A DNA stretch of 35,764 nucleotides, taken from the NCBI GenBank assembly GCA_041641755.1, contig JBEPXS010000001.1:1-35764 (forward strand), read 5' to 3'. A model generated the notes under the pieces. The model did no database searches. It was not told the DNA's origin and was given only the letters and a program-made list of their open reading frames with translations. Source of the DNA: Balneolaceae bacterium. GTDB taxonomy: Bacteria; Bacteroidota; Rhodothermia; Balneolales; Balneolaceae. A program made the translations under genes and the position numbers. Positions within the stretch are counted from its first letter, which is position 1. Each line of letters starts with the position of its first letter. Positions 1 to 9,586 of this stretch are shown in pieces.

Positions 1-665
1 GTTGAGAGCACATTCAGGAAAGCAGGCCCTTCCAGCTCAGTGGCGCGTTTCACCTTTTCGCTTAAATCATGCCAGTGGGATATGGATGATTGCCCAACAT
101 AGGGGATGTGATGAGCTTCGACAATCGCTGTTAGATCTTTACGCTGCTGGGCCTTTCCAAAACTTTCTTTTCCAGCCGGGCTGGTAGTCGTACTTGCCCC
201 AAAAGGGGTGGCGCTGGATCGTTGAATACCAGTATTCATATATGCTTCATTGTCGTAGCAGACATACAGGAACTGGTGTCCTCGTTCCAAGGCACCGGAA
301 AGTGATTGGAGACCAATATCGTAGGTGCCGCCATCGCCCCCGAACACCACGAAGGTAATCTGCCCATCATCTGGCAGTGTTCCCTTTTTGATCATGGCGC
401 GGTATGCTGTTTCAACACCACTTGCTGCGGCAGCAGCATTTTCAAAAGCTACATGCAGCTACGGTACATTCCATGCTGTATTTGGGAAACGGGTAGTAGC
501 TACCTCCAGACAACCCGTGGTATTGACCACCACAACCCGAGATTCGATACTATTCAAAACCGTGCGTACCACAATGGGGATACCACATCCCCTGCACAAA
601 GAATGCCCGCCACGGAAGCGTTTTTCTTTGGATTCGTTAGCGGCCAGTTGCTTAATTGTCGGCAT
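1..665 (-). pseudogene. porB: Pyruvate:ferredoxin oxidoreductase beta subunit (TPP-binding); internal TAG at 459-461; runs off the left edge
   Basis: ATG at 665 with AAGGAG SD. Reads GGHSLCRGCG...TGCLEV...[20 protein letters not shown]...[23 protein letters not shown]...[18 protein letters not shown]. The frame stays open after the TAG to the window edge. Confidence 0.9.
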
Positions 666-693
666 GATAGCACTCCTTTCAAAAAGGGAATAA

Positions 694-1891
694 TTATTCT
701 CGGACTCCGATATATTGCATGGCCCGGGTTTCATTAGGATTCTTCAGGTTATCAAATACATTTTGAATATCAGCAGGGAAAAGATCCCGACCACCCAGAC
801 CGAAAATATAATTCTGCAGTACTGTCTCACTTCCATAAAGTGCTTCTGTAATTTCGGTATAAAGTGGACCGTGACTGCCAAATGACATGGCTCGATCTAA
901 TACGGCGGCACTTTTTACATTCACCAAAGCTTTGCGGATTTGGGATGAAGGAAATGGACGAAACATCCGAACTTTGAGAAGCCCCACTGCATTGCCCTCG
1001 TCACGTAATCGGTCGACCACCTCTTTCATCGTACCGGCTGCCGATCCCATCACGATAATGGCCCGTTCTGCATCATCCAACCTATAGGCCTCTATCGCAT
1101 CATAGCGTCGCCCTGTGAGTGAAGCATAGTGGTTGGTTACGGTACTCAACACTTCCGGCACTGCTCCCATTGCTTCCTGCTGCCGTTTATGTTCAAAGTA
1201 ATAATCAGGCATATCAAACGGTCCCTGTGTTGTCGGATGTGACAGGTTGAGAAGGGGGTATGGAATTTCGTAATCACCGATAAAATTCTGAACCGTTTCG
1301 TCCTCCTCCAGTAATACGGGTTCCGAGGTGTGGGTTATAGTGAATCCATCCTGATTGATCATGGCGGGTAAAAGAACATCCGGATCTTCAGCCAGTGCAG
1401 GAGCCATTACCATGAAATCGTAGGCCTCCTGTGCGTTTTTCTACAAATATCTGGATAGTCCCCGAATCGCGTGCCAGCATAGCATCAGAATGATCGCAGT
1501 GAATGTTAATTGGACCGGAAAGTGCTCGGTTACCAATAGCCAGTACTATAGGCAGACGCATGGATGCAGCGATGTATATATTCTCAATCATCAGGGCCAG
1601 TCCCTGGGAGGCTGTGGCCGTCATCGTTCGGGCTCCGGCTGCTGCCCCTCCGATAGCCGCACTCATTGCAGAATGCTCCGATTCAACATTAATTATTTCG
1701 GTAGAAGCTTCTCCATCGGCCACAAATTGTGAAAATGTCTGGATGATGGGAGTTTGGGGAGTAATGGGATATACCGGGAATACATCGGGATTGATCTGAC
1801 GCATGGCGTGTGCAGCAGCCTCGGCTCCTGTTAGTAACTGGGCACCAGTCAGGCCTGTATGTCGCTCGAGCGTATTAAGTTGCGTTTTCAT
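694..1891 (-). pseudogene. porA: Pyruvate:ferredoxin oxidoreductase alpha subunit, +1 frameshift in an A5 run at 1436-1440
   Basis: 5' part has YPITPQT, VESEHSAMS, TATASQGL and NRALSGPINIHCDHSD. 3' part has GLLKVRMFRPFP and YIFGLGGRD. Removing one A gives continuous IQIFVENAQEAYDFMVMA. ATG at 1891 with GGAGG SD. Confidence 0.9.
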
Positions 1892-2210
1892 GAATAGAGC
1901 CTCCAGTTCTGCCATACTCCGGCACGGGTTCATCTTCAGGTATCATTTCGATTGCTTTTGTGGGACATACTTCAGCACAAAGTTCACATCCTTTACAGTA
2001 TTCATAGTCAAATCCCCAAAAAGTGGTATCATCAACCGGTACCGCCGTATCCGGACAGTCGATCCAGCAGAGCAGACAGTTTACACATTTCGAAAGATCA
2101 ACTTTATGTTTGAGTCCCATACGCCATCCTCCGGTCTTGGGTTGGGTGACCTCCTTGGTAATAACTGTGCCTCCGATCGGGATTTCAGTATATTTTTTTA
2201 GTTTTTCCAT
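1875..2210 (-). CDS. porD: Pyruvate:ferredoxin oxidoreductase delta subunit (2x[4Fe-4S])
   Basis: KTGGWR, CVNCLLCWIDCPD and YCKGCELCAEVCP motifs; lies between gamma and alpha; AGGAGG SD. Confidence 0.92.
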   Translation of the reverse strand: MEKLKKYTEIPIGGTVITKEVTQPKTGGWRMGLKHKVDLSKCVNCLLCWIDCPDTAVPVDDTTFWGFDYEYCKGCELCAEVCPTKAIEMIPEDEPVPEYGRTGGSIHENAT

Positions 2211-2779
2211 ACTACCTCCTCAGTGTGTTGAAAAGCGTTGAAACCGGCTTCAATGGTATTCAGATTGGTCTCGACTATTTCGGGAGAAAGTTTTTTGCTC
2301 AGCTTGATACGCGCCGCCTCTTTAAGATCTGCAAGAGGCGGGTTACCCATCAAAGCTGAGAGGGCACCGGCCAGAACAACATTGGAATAGGGAATACCGG
2401 TTTCTTCAGCAATTTTATCCCCATCTACGCAATAGAGTTGTTCAACATTTTTGATACGCGTCTCTATCATCTGTTTTGACTGTGCCGTGCTGACGAGCAG
2501 AAATCCATCAGGTTTGAGACCTTCTGCAACATCAATTTCGTTGAGTAGCGAGTCATCCAGAACAACTACTATATTTGGATCCGTGACTCCGCAGTGCAGC
2601 CGAATGGGTTGATCTGAACTTCGGGTATAAGCCTGCAACGGGGCCCCGCTTCGTTCCGGTCCATATTCCGGAAAAGCCTGCACATAATTACCGTGGTGCA
2701 AAAGGGCCATGGCAAACAGTTCGGATACTGTTTTAGCTCCTTGTCCACCGCGTCCGTGCCATCGAATTTCATTCATCAT
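2198..2779 (-). CDS. porC: Pyruvate:ferredoxin oxidoreductase gamma subunit
   Basis: EIRWHGRGGQGAKT and QAFPEYGPERSGAP motifs; GGAGG SD. Confidence 0.93.
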   Translation of the reverse strand: MMNEIRWHGRGGQGAKTVSELFAMALLHHGNYVQAFPEYGPERSGAPLQAYTRSSDQPIRLHCGVTDPNIVVVLDDSLLNEIDVAEGLKPDGFLLVSTAQSKQMIETRIKNVEQLYCVDGDKIAEETGIPYSNVVLAGALSALMGNPPLADLKEAARIKLSKKLSPEIVETNLNTIEAGFNAFQHTEEVVWKN

Positions 2780-4155
2780 GATATGCCTCCCAGCAGCTGG
2801 TGTATTCCATTGGCTGCCACCTTCCCATCTCGTACCGCTTCTACTACGGTTGCCCCACCATTGAGTGCATCTCCACCAGCAAAATATTTATAGTTTGTAG
2901 TCTGACCGGTATCTGAATCGATTTTAATAAGTCCGTTTTCAGTTTTCAGTTTGTCAATCCAGTCCAGGAACGCCGTCCTTTTTTGTTGGCCAATTGCCTT
3001 GATCACAGTGTCAGTACGGACCGTAAACTCGGTTCCTTCAATATTTACGGGACGGGGCCGACCCGAACTGTCAGGTTTCCCCAGTTTCATGTATTGAAGT
3101 TCAATTTTTTCCAACCTGTCTGCTCCGATAAAGCCAACAGGATTTGTTAAAAATTGGAAATGGACACCCTCTTGACGGGCCTCTTCAATTTCATGATCAT
3201 AGGCTGGCATCTCGTTTTCCGTACGACGATAGTACATCGTCACTTCCACAGCACCCATCCGCAGTGCTTCACGTGCCACACCGATAGCGGTATTTCCACC
3301 TCCTATCACAGCAACTCGATCTCCCACATCGATGGTATGACCTGTTTTTAGGGCTTCGATAAATTCCAGTGAATCCCAAACTCCTGGTAGATCTTCACCG
3401 GGATATTGCAGCTCCACGTCTTTGCCCAAACCTATTCCTAAAAAAATGGCATCGGCGCTTTTTTCAATTTGCTTGAGTTTTTCTTTAGTATCAATCGGGG
3501 TGTTTATACGGAAATTCACACTCAGACTTTGAATCATTTCAACCTCTTGTGGCAAGGGATCATTATTAATACGGTAAGGCGCAATTGCATATCGAATTAG
3601 GCCGCCAAAATCCTGATGACCATCATAGACGGTTACCTCATATCCTTTATACGCCAGTTCTGCCGCACAGGAGAGGCCCGACGGGCCAGCACCTATAATG
3701 GCTACTTTTAATCCGTTGGTTTCATTAACCGGTTGTTGCCGTATATGATTAGACAGTTCCCGGTCGGTTGCGAATCGTTGTAATCGTGCGATTTCAACTG
3801 GTTTTCTTCCCTCTTTAAGAAGTACACAGGAACCTTCGCACAATGTTTCGACCGGACACACACGAGCACAGCTGGTACCGAAAATGTTTTCAGCAAAGAT
3901 AGTATCAGCGGCGCGATCAGTTTTTCCTTCGGCTATTGCTGTAATAAAACCAGGGACATCAATATCGGCAGGGCACGCCACTGTGCAGGGAGCCTCCATG
4001 TAGGGTCCACCACATTCCAGGCTGCGAGATGCTTCGATAAAAGCACCTTTTTTTGTGAGCGGAGGATTCAAATCCTAAAATAAAGATCGGTATGACTATT
4101 CAGCATATCCGTTTGTTGAGGGCCGAATGGATGGGCTGGCAGTTGGTAATTTCAT
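2776..4155 (-). pseudogene. GltD/PreT/SudA-like NAD(P)-dependent FAD/[4Fe-4S] oxidoreductase; two in-frame TAGs near the N-terminus
   Basis: Likely start is the ATG at 4155 (AAGGAG SD), in frame with the 2776..4071 ORF: MKLPTASPSIRPSTNGYAE*SYRSLF*DLNPPLTKK, with TAGs at 4096-4098 and 4075-4077. Motifs APCTVACP, CARVCPVETLCEGSC, IIGAGPSG, VIGGGNTA, FAGGD. A TTG restart at 4071 is possible. Confidence 0.8.
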
Positions 4156-4222
4156 ACGTTTACTCCTTTATTTTATTACCCGGCTGCTTTAGATAAAACT
4201 ATCTATTGAGAGCCCGGCAACA

Positions 4223-4254
4223 TTAAAAGAGTTAAAGACAATGAACTCTTTTAA
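4223..4254. repeat. Perfect 11-bp inverted repeat upstream of the por operon (possible operator or hairpin)
   Basis: TTAAAAGAGTT-N10-AACTCTTTTAA, about 70-100 bp upstream of the 4155 ATG. Confidence 0.55.
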
Positions 4255-4423
4255 CTAATGTATAAAACCGGCTGCATATATTGAAATGATTTCGGGAAGA
4301 TTTGTTTATTTAGACAGGTTTGAAATAACGGGGGAGGGGCAGCTCTTTACTTTTGCAAAGCCCTCTTTTGGTTAATAGATACCTGCATCATCGATGAGTT
4401 AAAGGGAAAAGGAAGAGAATATT

Positions 4424-4460
4424 AAAAAAAAGGCCTGCTTCGTAAATGAAGCAGGCCTTT
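4424..4460 (-). terminator. Rho-independent terminator of csp
   Basis: Minus strand reads AAAGGCCTGCTTC-ATTTAC-GAAGCAGGCCTTT and ends in a T8 tract, about 25 bp after the csp stop. Confidence 0.9.
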
Positions 4461-4484
4461 CGAAAAAGTCTGAATATATTCAAA

Positions 4485-4703
4485 CTATTTGTAATCCAGG
4501 CTCCGCACGTTAATAGCGCTTAAGCCTTTGGGTGTTTCTTCGACGTCAAATTCTACAGCTTCATCGTCTTCCAGACCTTGGTCATAACCAAGATTTTCAA
4601 CGTTATTTCTGTGAACGAAAATATCTTTTCCTCCCTCTTCAGGAGCGATGAATCCAAAACCTTTTTGGGCATCGAAGAATTTAATTTTGCCTTGTTGTGC
4701 CAT
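4485..4703 (-). CDS. csp: Cold-shock protein (CSD)
   Basis: 72 aa; RNP1 KGFGFI and RNP2 IFVH. Confidence 0.95.
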   Translation of the reverse strand: MAQQGKIKFFDAQKGFGFIAPEEGGKDIFVHRNNVENLGYDQGLEDDEAVEFDVEETPKGLSAINVRSLDYK

Positions 4704-5155
4704 TGTAATAGTATTTTTTTATGCACCTGTCTGAACTGTCTAATGAAAGGAGTTGAATTAACGCGTCTTTCCAAAAAAACACTTTCTAGGTGGGTAATTA
4801 AATGTAACAACCCAAGGTACACCTAATTTTGGAGAATACCTATTATTAATACGTAAAATTGTAATTTTATTACTATTGCGTTTTAGCTGCTTCAACTTTG
4901 GGCTGTCTTATTTGTTCATATGAAGAATCTATGATAGTTATATAGTTGGTTCTGCTTAGTTAGGGCACAAAATTGAGCTCTTTTTAAAATTAGTTTGCTG
5001 ATTATTTTGAATAAATGAATTCTGGTCCAACATATACTTTCTTCCCACAGTAAAATAAGCTTTCCCCTTACAATCATTTAAGAGTTTACTTTTTAAAGTG
5101 ATCCTAAATTGTATACATAATCTTACAGTATGAATCATACAAATACTTCAATAGT

Positions 5156-7051
5156 ATGAGTAAGGCTAAAGAAAGTGGTTCCCCGCCACGAGGAAAGCAA
5201 CTATTCGGATTGAGTCTTGCTGCAATTGGCGTTGTATACGGGGATATCGGTACAAGTCCCATTTATGCTATTCGTGAATCTTTTCATGCTTCATATGGTC
5301 TTTCAGCAACCTCAGAAAATGTTCTTGGAGTATTATCACTTATTTTCTGGTCACTGATATTGGTTATTTCAATTAAGTATCTGGTATTGGTACTCCGGGC
5401 TGATAATAATGGGGAGGGGGGGATCATTGCACTTACTGCTTTAGTGAGTCCACCAACTGAAAAAGCAAAGGGACGTCGCTGGCTTCTTGTTTTGACAGGG
5501 TTGTTTGGTGCCGCTTTGCTTTACGGTGATAGTATGATTACCCCTGCAATATCTGTGTTGAGTGCTATTGAAGGGCTTCAGGTAGCAACACCATTTTTTG
5601 AGCCCTACATTATACCGATTACCATCGGAATTCTCATTGCACTCTTTGCTGTTCAATCCTATGGTACTGCGGGAATCGGTTCCGTATTCGGTCCTATTAC
5701 TCTTACATGGTTTTTGACATTGGCTGTATTGGGTATCATCCAGATTGTCCAGCATCCTGATGTACTGGCTGCACTGAATCCAATGTATGGCTTCCAGTTT
5801 TTTATCCGTAATGGCTGGGCGGGTTTTCTTGTTCTTGGATCTGTTTTTCTGGTTGTAACGGGAGGTGAAGCCCTGTATGCAGATATCGGTCACTTCGGTC
5901 TCCGCCCCATCCGATTGACCTGGTTTTGTGTCGTTCTCCCTTCACTTCTGTTAAACTACTTTGGACAGGGAGCCCTAGTTATCAGTCACCCTGAAACGAT
6001 CGAACATCCATTCTATCACATGATACCAAATTGGGGGCTTTATCCACTTGTTATTCTGGCAACCGTAGCCACTATTATTGCTTCCCAGGCTGTAATTTCG
6101 GGGGCTTTTTCACTTACCAGGCAGGCTGTCCAGCTTGGCTATCTTCCTCGCCTCAAAGTCCAGCAAACCTCAGAAGAGCAATTCGGCCAAATCTATATAC
6201 CGGTAATTAATTGGATTTTGATGATTGCCTGTATCGGACTCGTCATTGGCTTTCGTACTTCTAGCAATCTTGCTTCAGCTTACGGTGTAGCAGTAACTAC
6301 TGATATGGTATTTACTACGATTCTATTTGCGGTTGTGGCCAGAAGCCGGTGGCAATGGAGCAAGTGGCTTGTAGCAATAATGGGAGTGGGACTTCTGGCC
6401 ATCGACCTGTCGTTCTGGGGAGCAAACCTACCGAAGATACCGACCGGCGGTTGGTTCCCGCTGGTAATTGCCGGCCTTATGTTTGCAATAATGACGACTT
6501 GGAAGCGGGGCCGCCGCATACTGAGCAAGAGGTTGAGAGAAAAGATTATTCCCCATGAAGAGTTTATCAGGAGGGTACAAGAATATCAGCCGGAACGTAT
6601 ACCGGGTACAGCTGTATTCATGGATTCAAATCCCGAAGGAACGCCACAAGCATTACTCCATAATCTTGAGCATAACAAGATAGTACATGAACGAGTAGCC
6701 TTATTGACCCTCATTACCCGAGATGTACCTGAGGTACCTGATGAAGAACGCATAGAAATAAAATCACTTGGAGAAAATATCTTTAGAATAAATGCCCGGA
6801 TCGGTTTTGCTGAGGATCCGAATGTGCCTAAGCTGCTTGCTCAATGTGAGACAAATGGAAATGGTTTTGATATAGAAGAAACGACATTCTTCCTGGGCCG
6901 GGAAACCATGCTTGCAACCGAAAAACCCGGAATGGCTATCTGGAGGGAAAAACTGTTTGCCTGGATGTCACGTAATGCTCAGCGAGCTGCTTCTTATTTT
7001 CATATACCTTCGGACCGGGTTGTGGAGGTCGGGACTCAAATCGAGTTGTAA
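5156..7051 (+). CDS. kup: KUP/HAK/KT potassium uptake transporter
   Basis: GVVYGDIGTSPIYA, GEGGIIAL, ITPAISVLSAIEGL, GGEALYADIGHFG and C-terminal RVVEVGTQIEL. Confidence 0.97.
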   Translation: MSKAKESGSPPRGKQLFGLSLAAIGVVYGDIGTSPIYAIRESFHASYGLSATSENVLGVLSLIFWSLILVISIKYLVLVLRADNNGEGGIIALTALVSPPTEKAKGRRWLLVLTGLFGAALLYGDSMITPAISVLSAIEGLQVATPFFEPYIIPITIGILIALFAVQSYGTAGIGSVFGPITLTWFLTLAVLGIIQIVQHPDVLAALNPMYGFQFFIRNGWAGFLVLGSVFLVVTGGEALYADIGHFGLRPIRLTWFCVVLPSLLLNYFGQGALVISHPETIEHPFYHMIPNWGLYPLVILATVATIIASQAVISGAFSLTRQAVQLGYLPRLKVQQTSEEQFGQIYIPVINWILMIACIGLVIGFRTSSNLASAYGVAVTTDMVFTTILFAVVARSRWQWSKWLVAIMGVGLLAIDLSFWGANLPKIPTGGWFPLVIAGLMFAIMTTWKRGRRILSKRLREKIIPHEEFIRRVQEYQPERIPGTAVFMDSNPEGTPQALLHNLEHNKIVHERVALLTLITRDVPEVPDEERIEIKSLGENIFRINARIGFAEDPNVPKLLAQCETNGNGFDIEETTFFLGRETMLATEKPGMAIWREKLFAWMSRNAQRAASYFHIPSDRVVEVGTQIEL

Positions 7052-7128
7052 AAAAAATGAGTGAGGTGGAATTGGGCGAAATATATTCAATGAGTAGATT
7101 TAGATAATGGTTGTACAAAGAGGATAGT

Positions 7129-8391
7129 ATGGACGGATCTCAAATAGAATTAACCTTACTGGCCCGGATGGGATTGATCCTGTTACTGGGTTTTCTGGTG
7201 GGTATCGAGCGGGGTTGGAGCTTCCAGGAGAAGAAGGAGGGACAGCGTACAGCCGGGATCAGGACCTTTACACTTATTGCATTGTCCGGTGGGCTATGGG
7301 GCATCTTGTCTGAACACGTGGGCGATATGCTACTTGGTGTGGCATTACTCGGCTTCATACTAATTGTAATGACCGGTTATTACCAGCATGCCAAACAGAC
7401 GGGTTCTCTCGGACTTACTACGGAAATGGCTGCCTTTCTAACATTTACAGTGGGCATAGCGGTAATCAAGGGATACATCATCCTGTCGGTTTCGGTCACT
7501 GTTGTGATGGTATTGATACTCAGCATCAAACCTGAACTGCACAAATGGATCAAAACAATAGAACCGAACGAGCTTTATTCGGGCGTCCTTTTCCTTCTAA
7601 TTTCGGCGGTACTGCTACCATTGTTGCCTGACCGGGGATACGGGCCATGGAATGTACTTAACCCCTTTGAAATATGGCTGATGGTGGTGTTAATTGCCGG
7701 TATATCCTATGCCGGTTATTTTTCGATGAAGTACCTGGGAAATCAGAGGGGAATTTTGTTTACCTCGTTCACCGGTTCGATCGTCTCTTCACTTGCTGTT
7801 ACGGTAACACTGGCACGTTTTGCAAAAGAGATCAGATCAAAAAAATTGTTGATAACCGGTATACTCATTGCCACTTTTACCGCCCTTTCCAGGGTGATAC
7901 TGCTGACACTGATTTTTAGCCCGAAGTTAGTACAATCTGTAGGCCCACCAGTGGGGATGATGGCTGTTACTGCCCTGTTACTTTCGATATGGGTCTGGAA
8001 AAAAAGCGAGCACGAAAAATCAAGCAAATCAATCCATTTGCCCAATCCATTGCAGCTTAAGGCAGCCATACAATTTGGGATTATTTTAGCCATTGTTTTA
8101 CTACTGTCGGAGGGTAGCAGGCGTTGGTTGGGCGATCCGGGGGTTTACGGTTTTTCTCTTATTACAGGAATGGTTGATATCGATTCGATAACCCTGTCTT
8201 TGTTGAATATGAGTGGTACTAATCTTGTTCAAACTGTGGTTACCACCGCTATTGTTCTGGCAACTGTCGCCAATACTCTCATAAAAGGGGGAATTTTTAC
8301 GTTCTTCATTGGGATAAAGGAAGCCTGGAAGCTTCTCGCTTACTGCTGTATCATTGCCGTGGCTAGCATTCCGGGTTTATTGTTTGTCTGA
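7129..8391 (+). CDS. MgtC/SapB-family membrane protein with DUF4010
   Basis: LVGIERG...AGIRTF, GLTTE, PLLPDRGYGPW..LNP..IWLMVVLI; many TM helices; ATG at 7129. Confidence 0.85.
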   Translation: MDGSQIELTLLARMGLILLLGFLVGIERGWSFQEKKEGQRTAGIRTFTLIALSGGLWGILSEHVGDMLLGVALLGFILIVMTGYYQHAKQTGSLGLTTEMAAFLTFTVGIAVIKGYIILSVSVTVVMVLILSIKPELHKWIKTIEPNELYSGVLFLLISAVLLPLLPDRGYGPWNVLNPFEIWLMVVLIAGISYAGYFSMKYLGNQRGILFTSFTGSIVSSLAVTVTLARFAKEIRSKKLLITGILIATFTALSRVILLTLIFSPKLVQSVGPPVGMMAVTALLLSIWVWKKSEHEKSSKSIHLPNPLQLKAAIQFGIILAIVLLLSEGSRRWLGDPGVYGFSLITGMVDIDSITLSLLNMSGTNLVQTVVTTAIVLATVANTLIKGGIFTFFIGIKEAWKLLAYCCIIAVASIPGLLFV

Positions 8392-8429
8392 GGAATAACA
8401 AATTAGATCAAAATTCTGATAATTGAAGT

Positions 8430-9341
8430 TTATATTTCTTCAAATTTATTTTGAGCCGATTCAAGTGATCCGGCATGTTTTTTTATTTCTCTCCACGGAT
8501 CTTCCTTCTGTCCCATCCGGCGAAGGATATTTTTTACTGTATACATCTGAGAATGCAGGTCGCCTTTTTTTAATTCATCCCAGTCTAATGGAGTAGCAAC
8601 AGGTGCCCTGGACCTGGCACGCACGGAATAGGGAGCAACACTATTCTGTCCATAGGAGTTGCGCAGATAATCCAGAAAGAGACGTCTTCCCCGTTCTTTT
8701 TTGCGCAATTTTGTTGTAAAACTGTTGGGATTCTTAACGGACAGGTGATCGGTGATTTTCTTGGCAAATCCTCGAACGGTATCAAATTTTTGGTTGCGAT
8801 CCAAAGGAGTAACGACGTGAAGGCCACGGGAGCCAGTGGTCATAACAAACGGTTTCAGCTCAATCTTGTCAAGCAGTTCTTTGAGTTCGAGGGCGCCTTG
8901 CCGGACCAGCTCAAAGTCGTCATCCGGTGGATCCAGGTCAAAGATCATGCGGTCCGGATAGTGGAGCTTGTCTTTCATGCTTTGCCAGATATGAAATGTA
9001 ATACACCCCTGATCGACTAGATATGCAAGTGTGGCGATATCATTGCAAACAACCTGGTACTGCTTTTTGCTTTCACCTTTCACTTCAATCGATGTTTTTT
9101 GTATCCAGTCGGGAAAATAGTCGGAGGCCTTTTTTTGATAAAAACCCTCTTCCCCGATACCAGCCGGGAATCGCTGAAGCGTGAGTGGGCGGTCGTTAAG
9201 ATGGAGGAGTATGGGATCGGATATTTTGCGATAATAATCGAGCAGGTCACCTTGTGTAAATTCGATATCCGGGAAAATCACCTTGTCTAGGTTATCCATC
9301 TCAATGGTGCGATTTCCAATGCGAATTTTTTCAGGTGGCAT
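8430..9341 (-). CDS. ligD: Stand-alone LigD polymerase domain (NHEJ primase-polymerase)
   Basis: LLDYY, RPLTLQRFP.GI..EGFYQK, DRMIFDLDPP, TTGSRGLHV, FLDYLRN..GQ..VAPYSVRA, PVATPLDWDEL. Confidence 0.92.
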   Translation of the reverse strand: MPPEKIRIGNRTIEMDNLDKVIFPDIEFTQGDLLDYYRKISDPILLHLNDRPLTLQRFPAGIGEEGFYQKKASDYFPDWIQKTSIEVKGESKKQYQVVCNDIATLAYLVDQGCITFHIWQSMKDKLHYPDRMIFDLDPPDDDFELVRQGALELKELLDKIELKPFVMTTGSRGLHVVTPLDRNQKFDTVRGFAKKITDHLSVKNPNSFTTKLRKKERGRRLFLDYLRNSYGQNSVAPYSVRARSRAPVATPLDWDELKKGDLHSQMYTVKNILRRMGQKEDPWREIKKHAGSLESAQNKFEEI

Positions 9342-9343
9342 AA

Positions 9344-9495
9344 TCAGGCTTCCTCTCTTACTACGTCGCTTGGGTTTTTATCTTCACACAACCCCTGATA
9401 TCGGGGATAGCGCAGCCGACCGGTATTCGTCCGTTCTTCATCAGAAGATCGCTTGTCAGTAAGCTGGCCAGCATCGGTGCGGTCCATTTCGGCTG
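9344..9495 (-). pseudogene. Internally deleted remnant of a LigD-type ATP-dependent DNA ligase (N-terminal end joined to C-terminal end)
   Basis: Manual translation: QPKWTAPMLA-[one base missing]-LTDKRSSDEE joined to RTNTGRLRYPRYQGLCEDKNPSDVVREEA*. These match the ligase N-terminal PMLA motif and the OB-fold C-terminal motif G.LRHP.Y.GLR.DK.P.DVVRE. The stop is 2 bp before the polymerase ATG. Confidence 0.75.
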
Positions 9496-9586
9496 ATTAG
9501 TTTTTCAGAGGTTCTGTTGTGCGTTCCCACAGGTTCATCTGTTTCATTAAATTTCGCTTATTTTGATACTCTTCAAGTTGAGCCAT
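9496..9586 (-). pseudogene. N-terminal remnant of a LigD 3'-phosphoesterase-domain gene
   Basis: MAQLEEYQNKRN-[one T missing]-FNETDEPVG...SEKLI matches the L.EY..KR.F..T.EP start of LigD phosphoesterase domains. It breaks off before the catalytic region. Confidence 0.65.

Noticed and set aside
459-461. Pyrrolysine or selenocysteine recoding
   Set aside because: The codon is TAG, not TGA, and sits at an aromatic position one substitution from TGG/TAY. No pyl/sel genes are in the window, and neighbouring genes have ordinary inactivating lesions. The SBP56 gene has no in-frame TGA.
4830-5155. c-di-AMP (ydaO) or other riboswitch upstream of kup; 60-aa ORF 4956-5138
   Set aside because: Very AT-rich, with none of the conserved GC-rich riboswitch elements visible. 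The ORF has no recognisable features and lies in a divergent promoter region.
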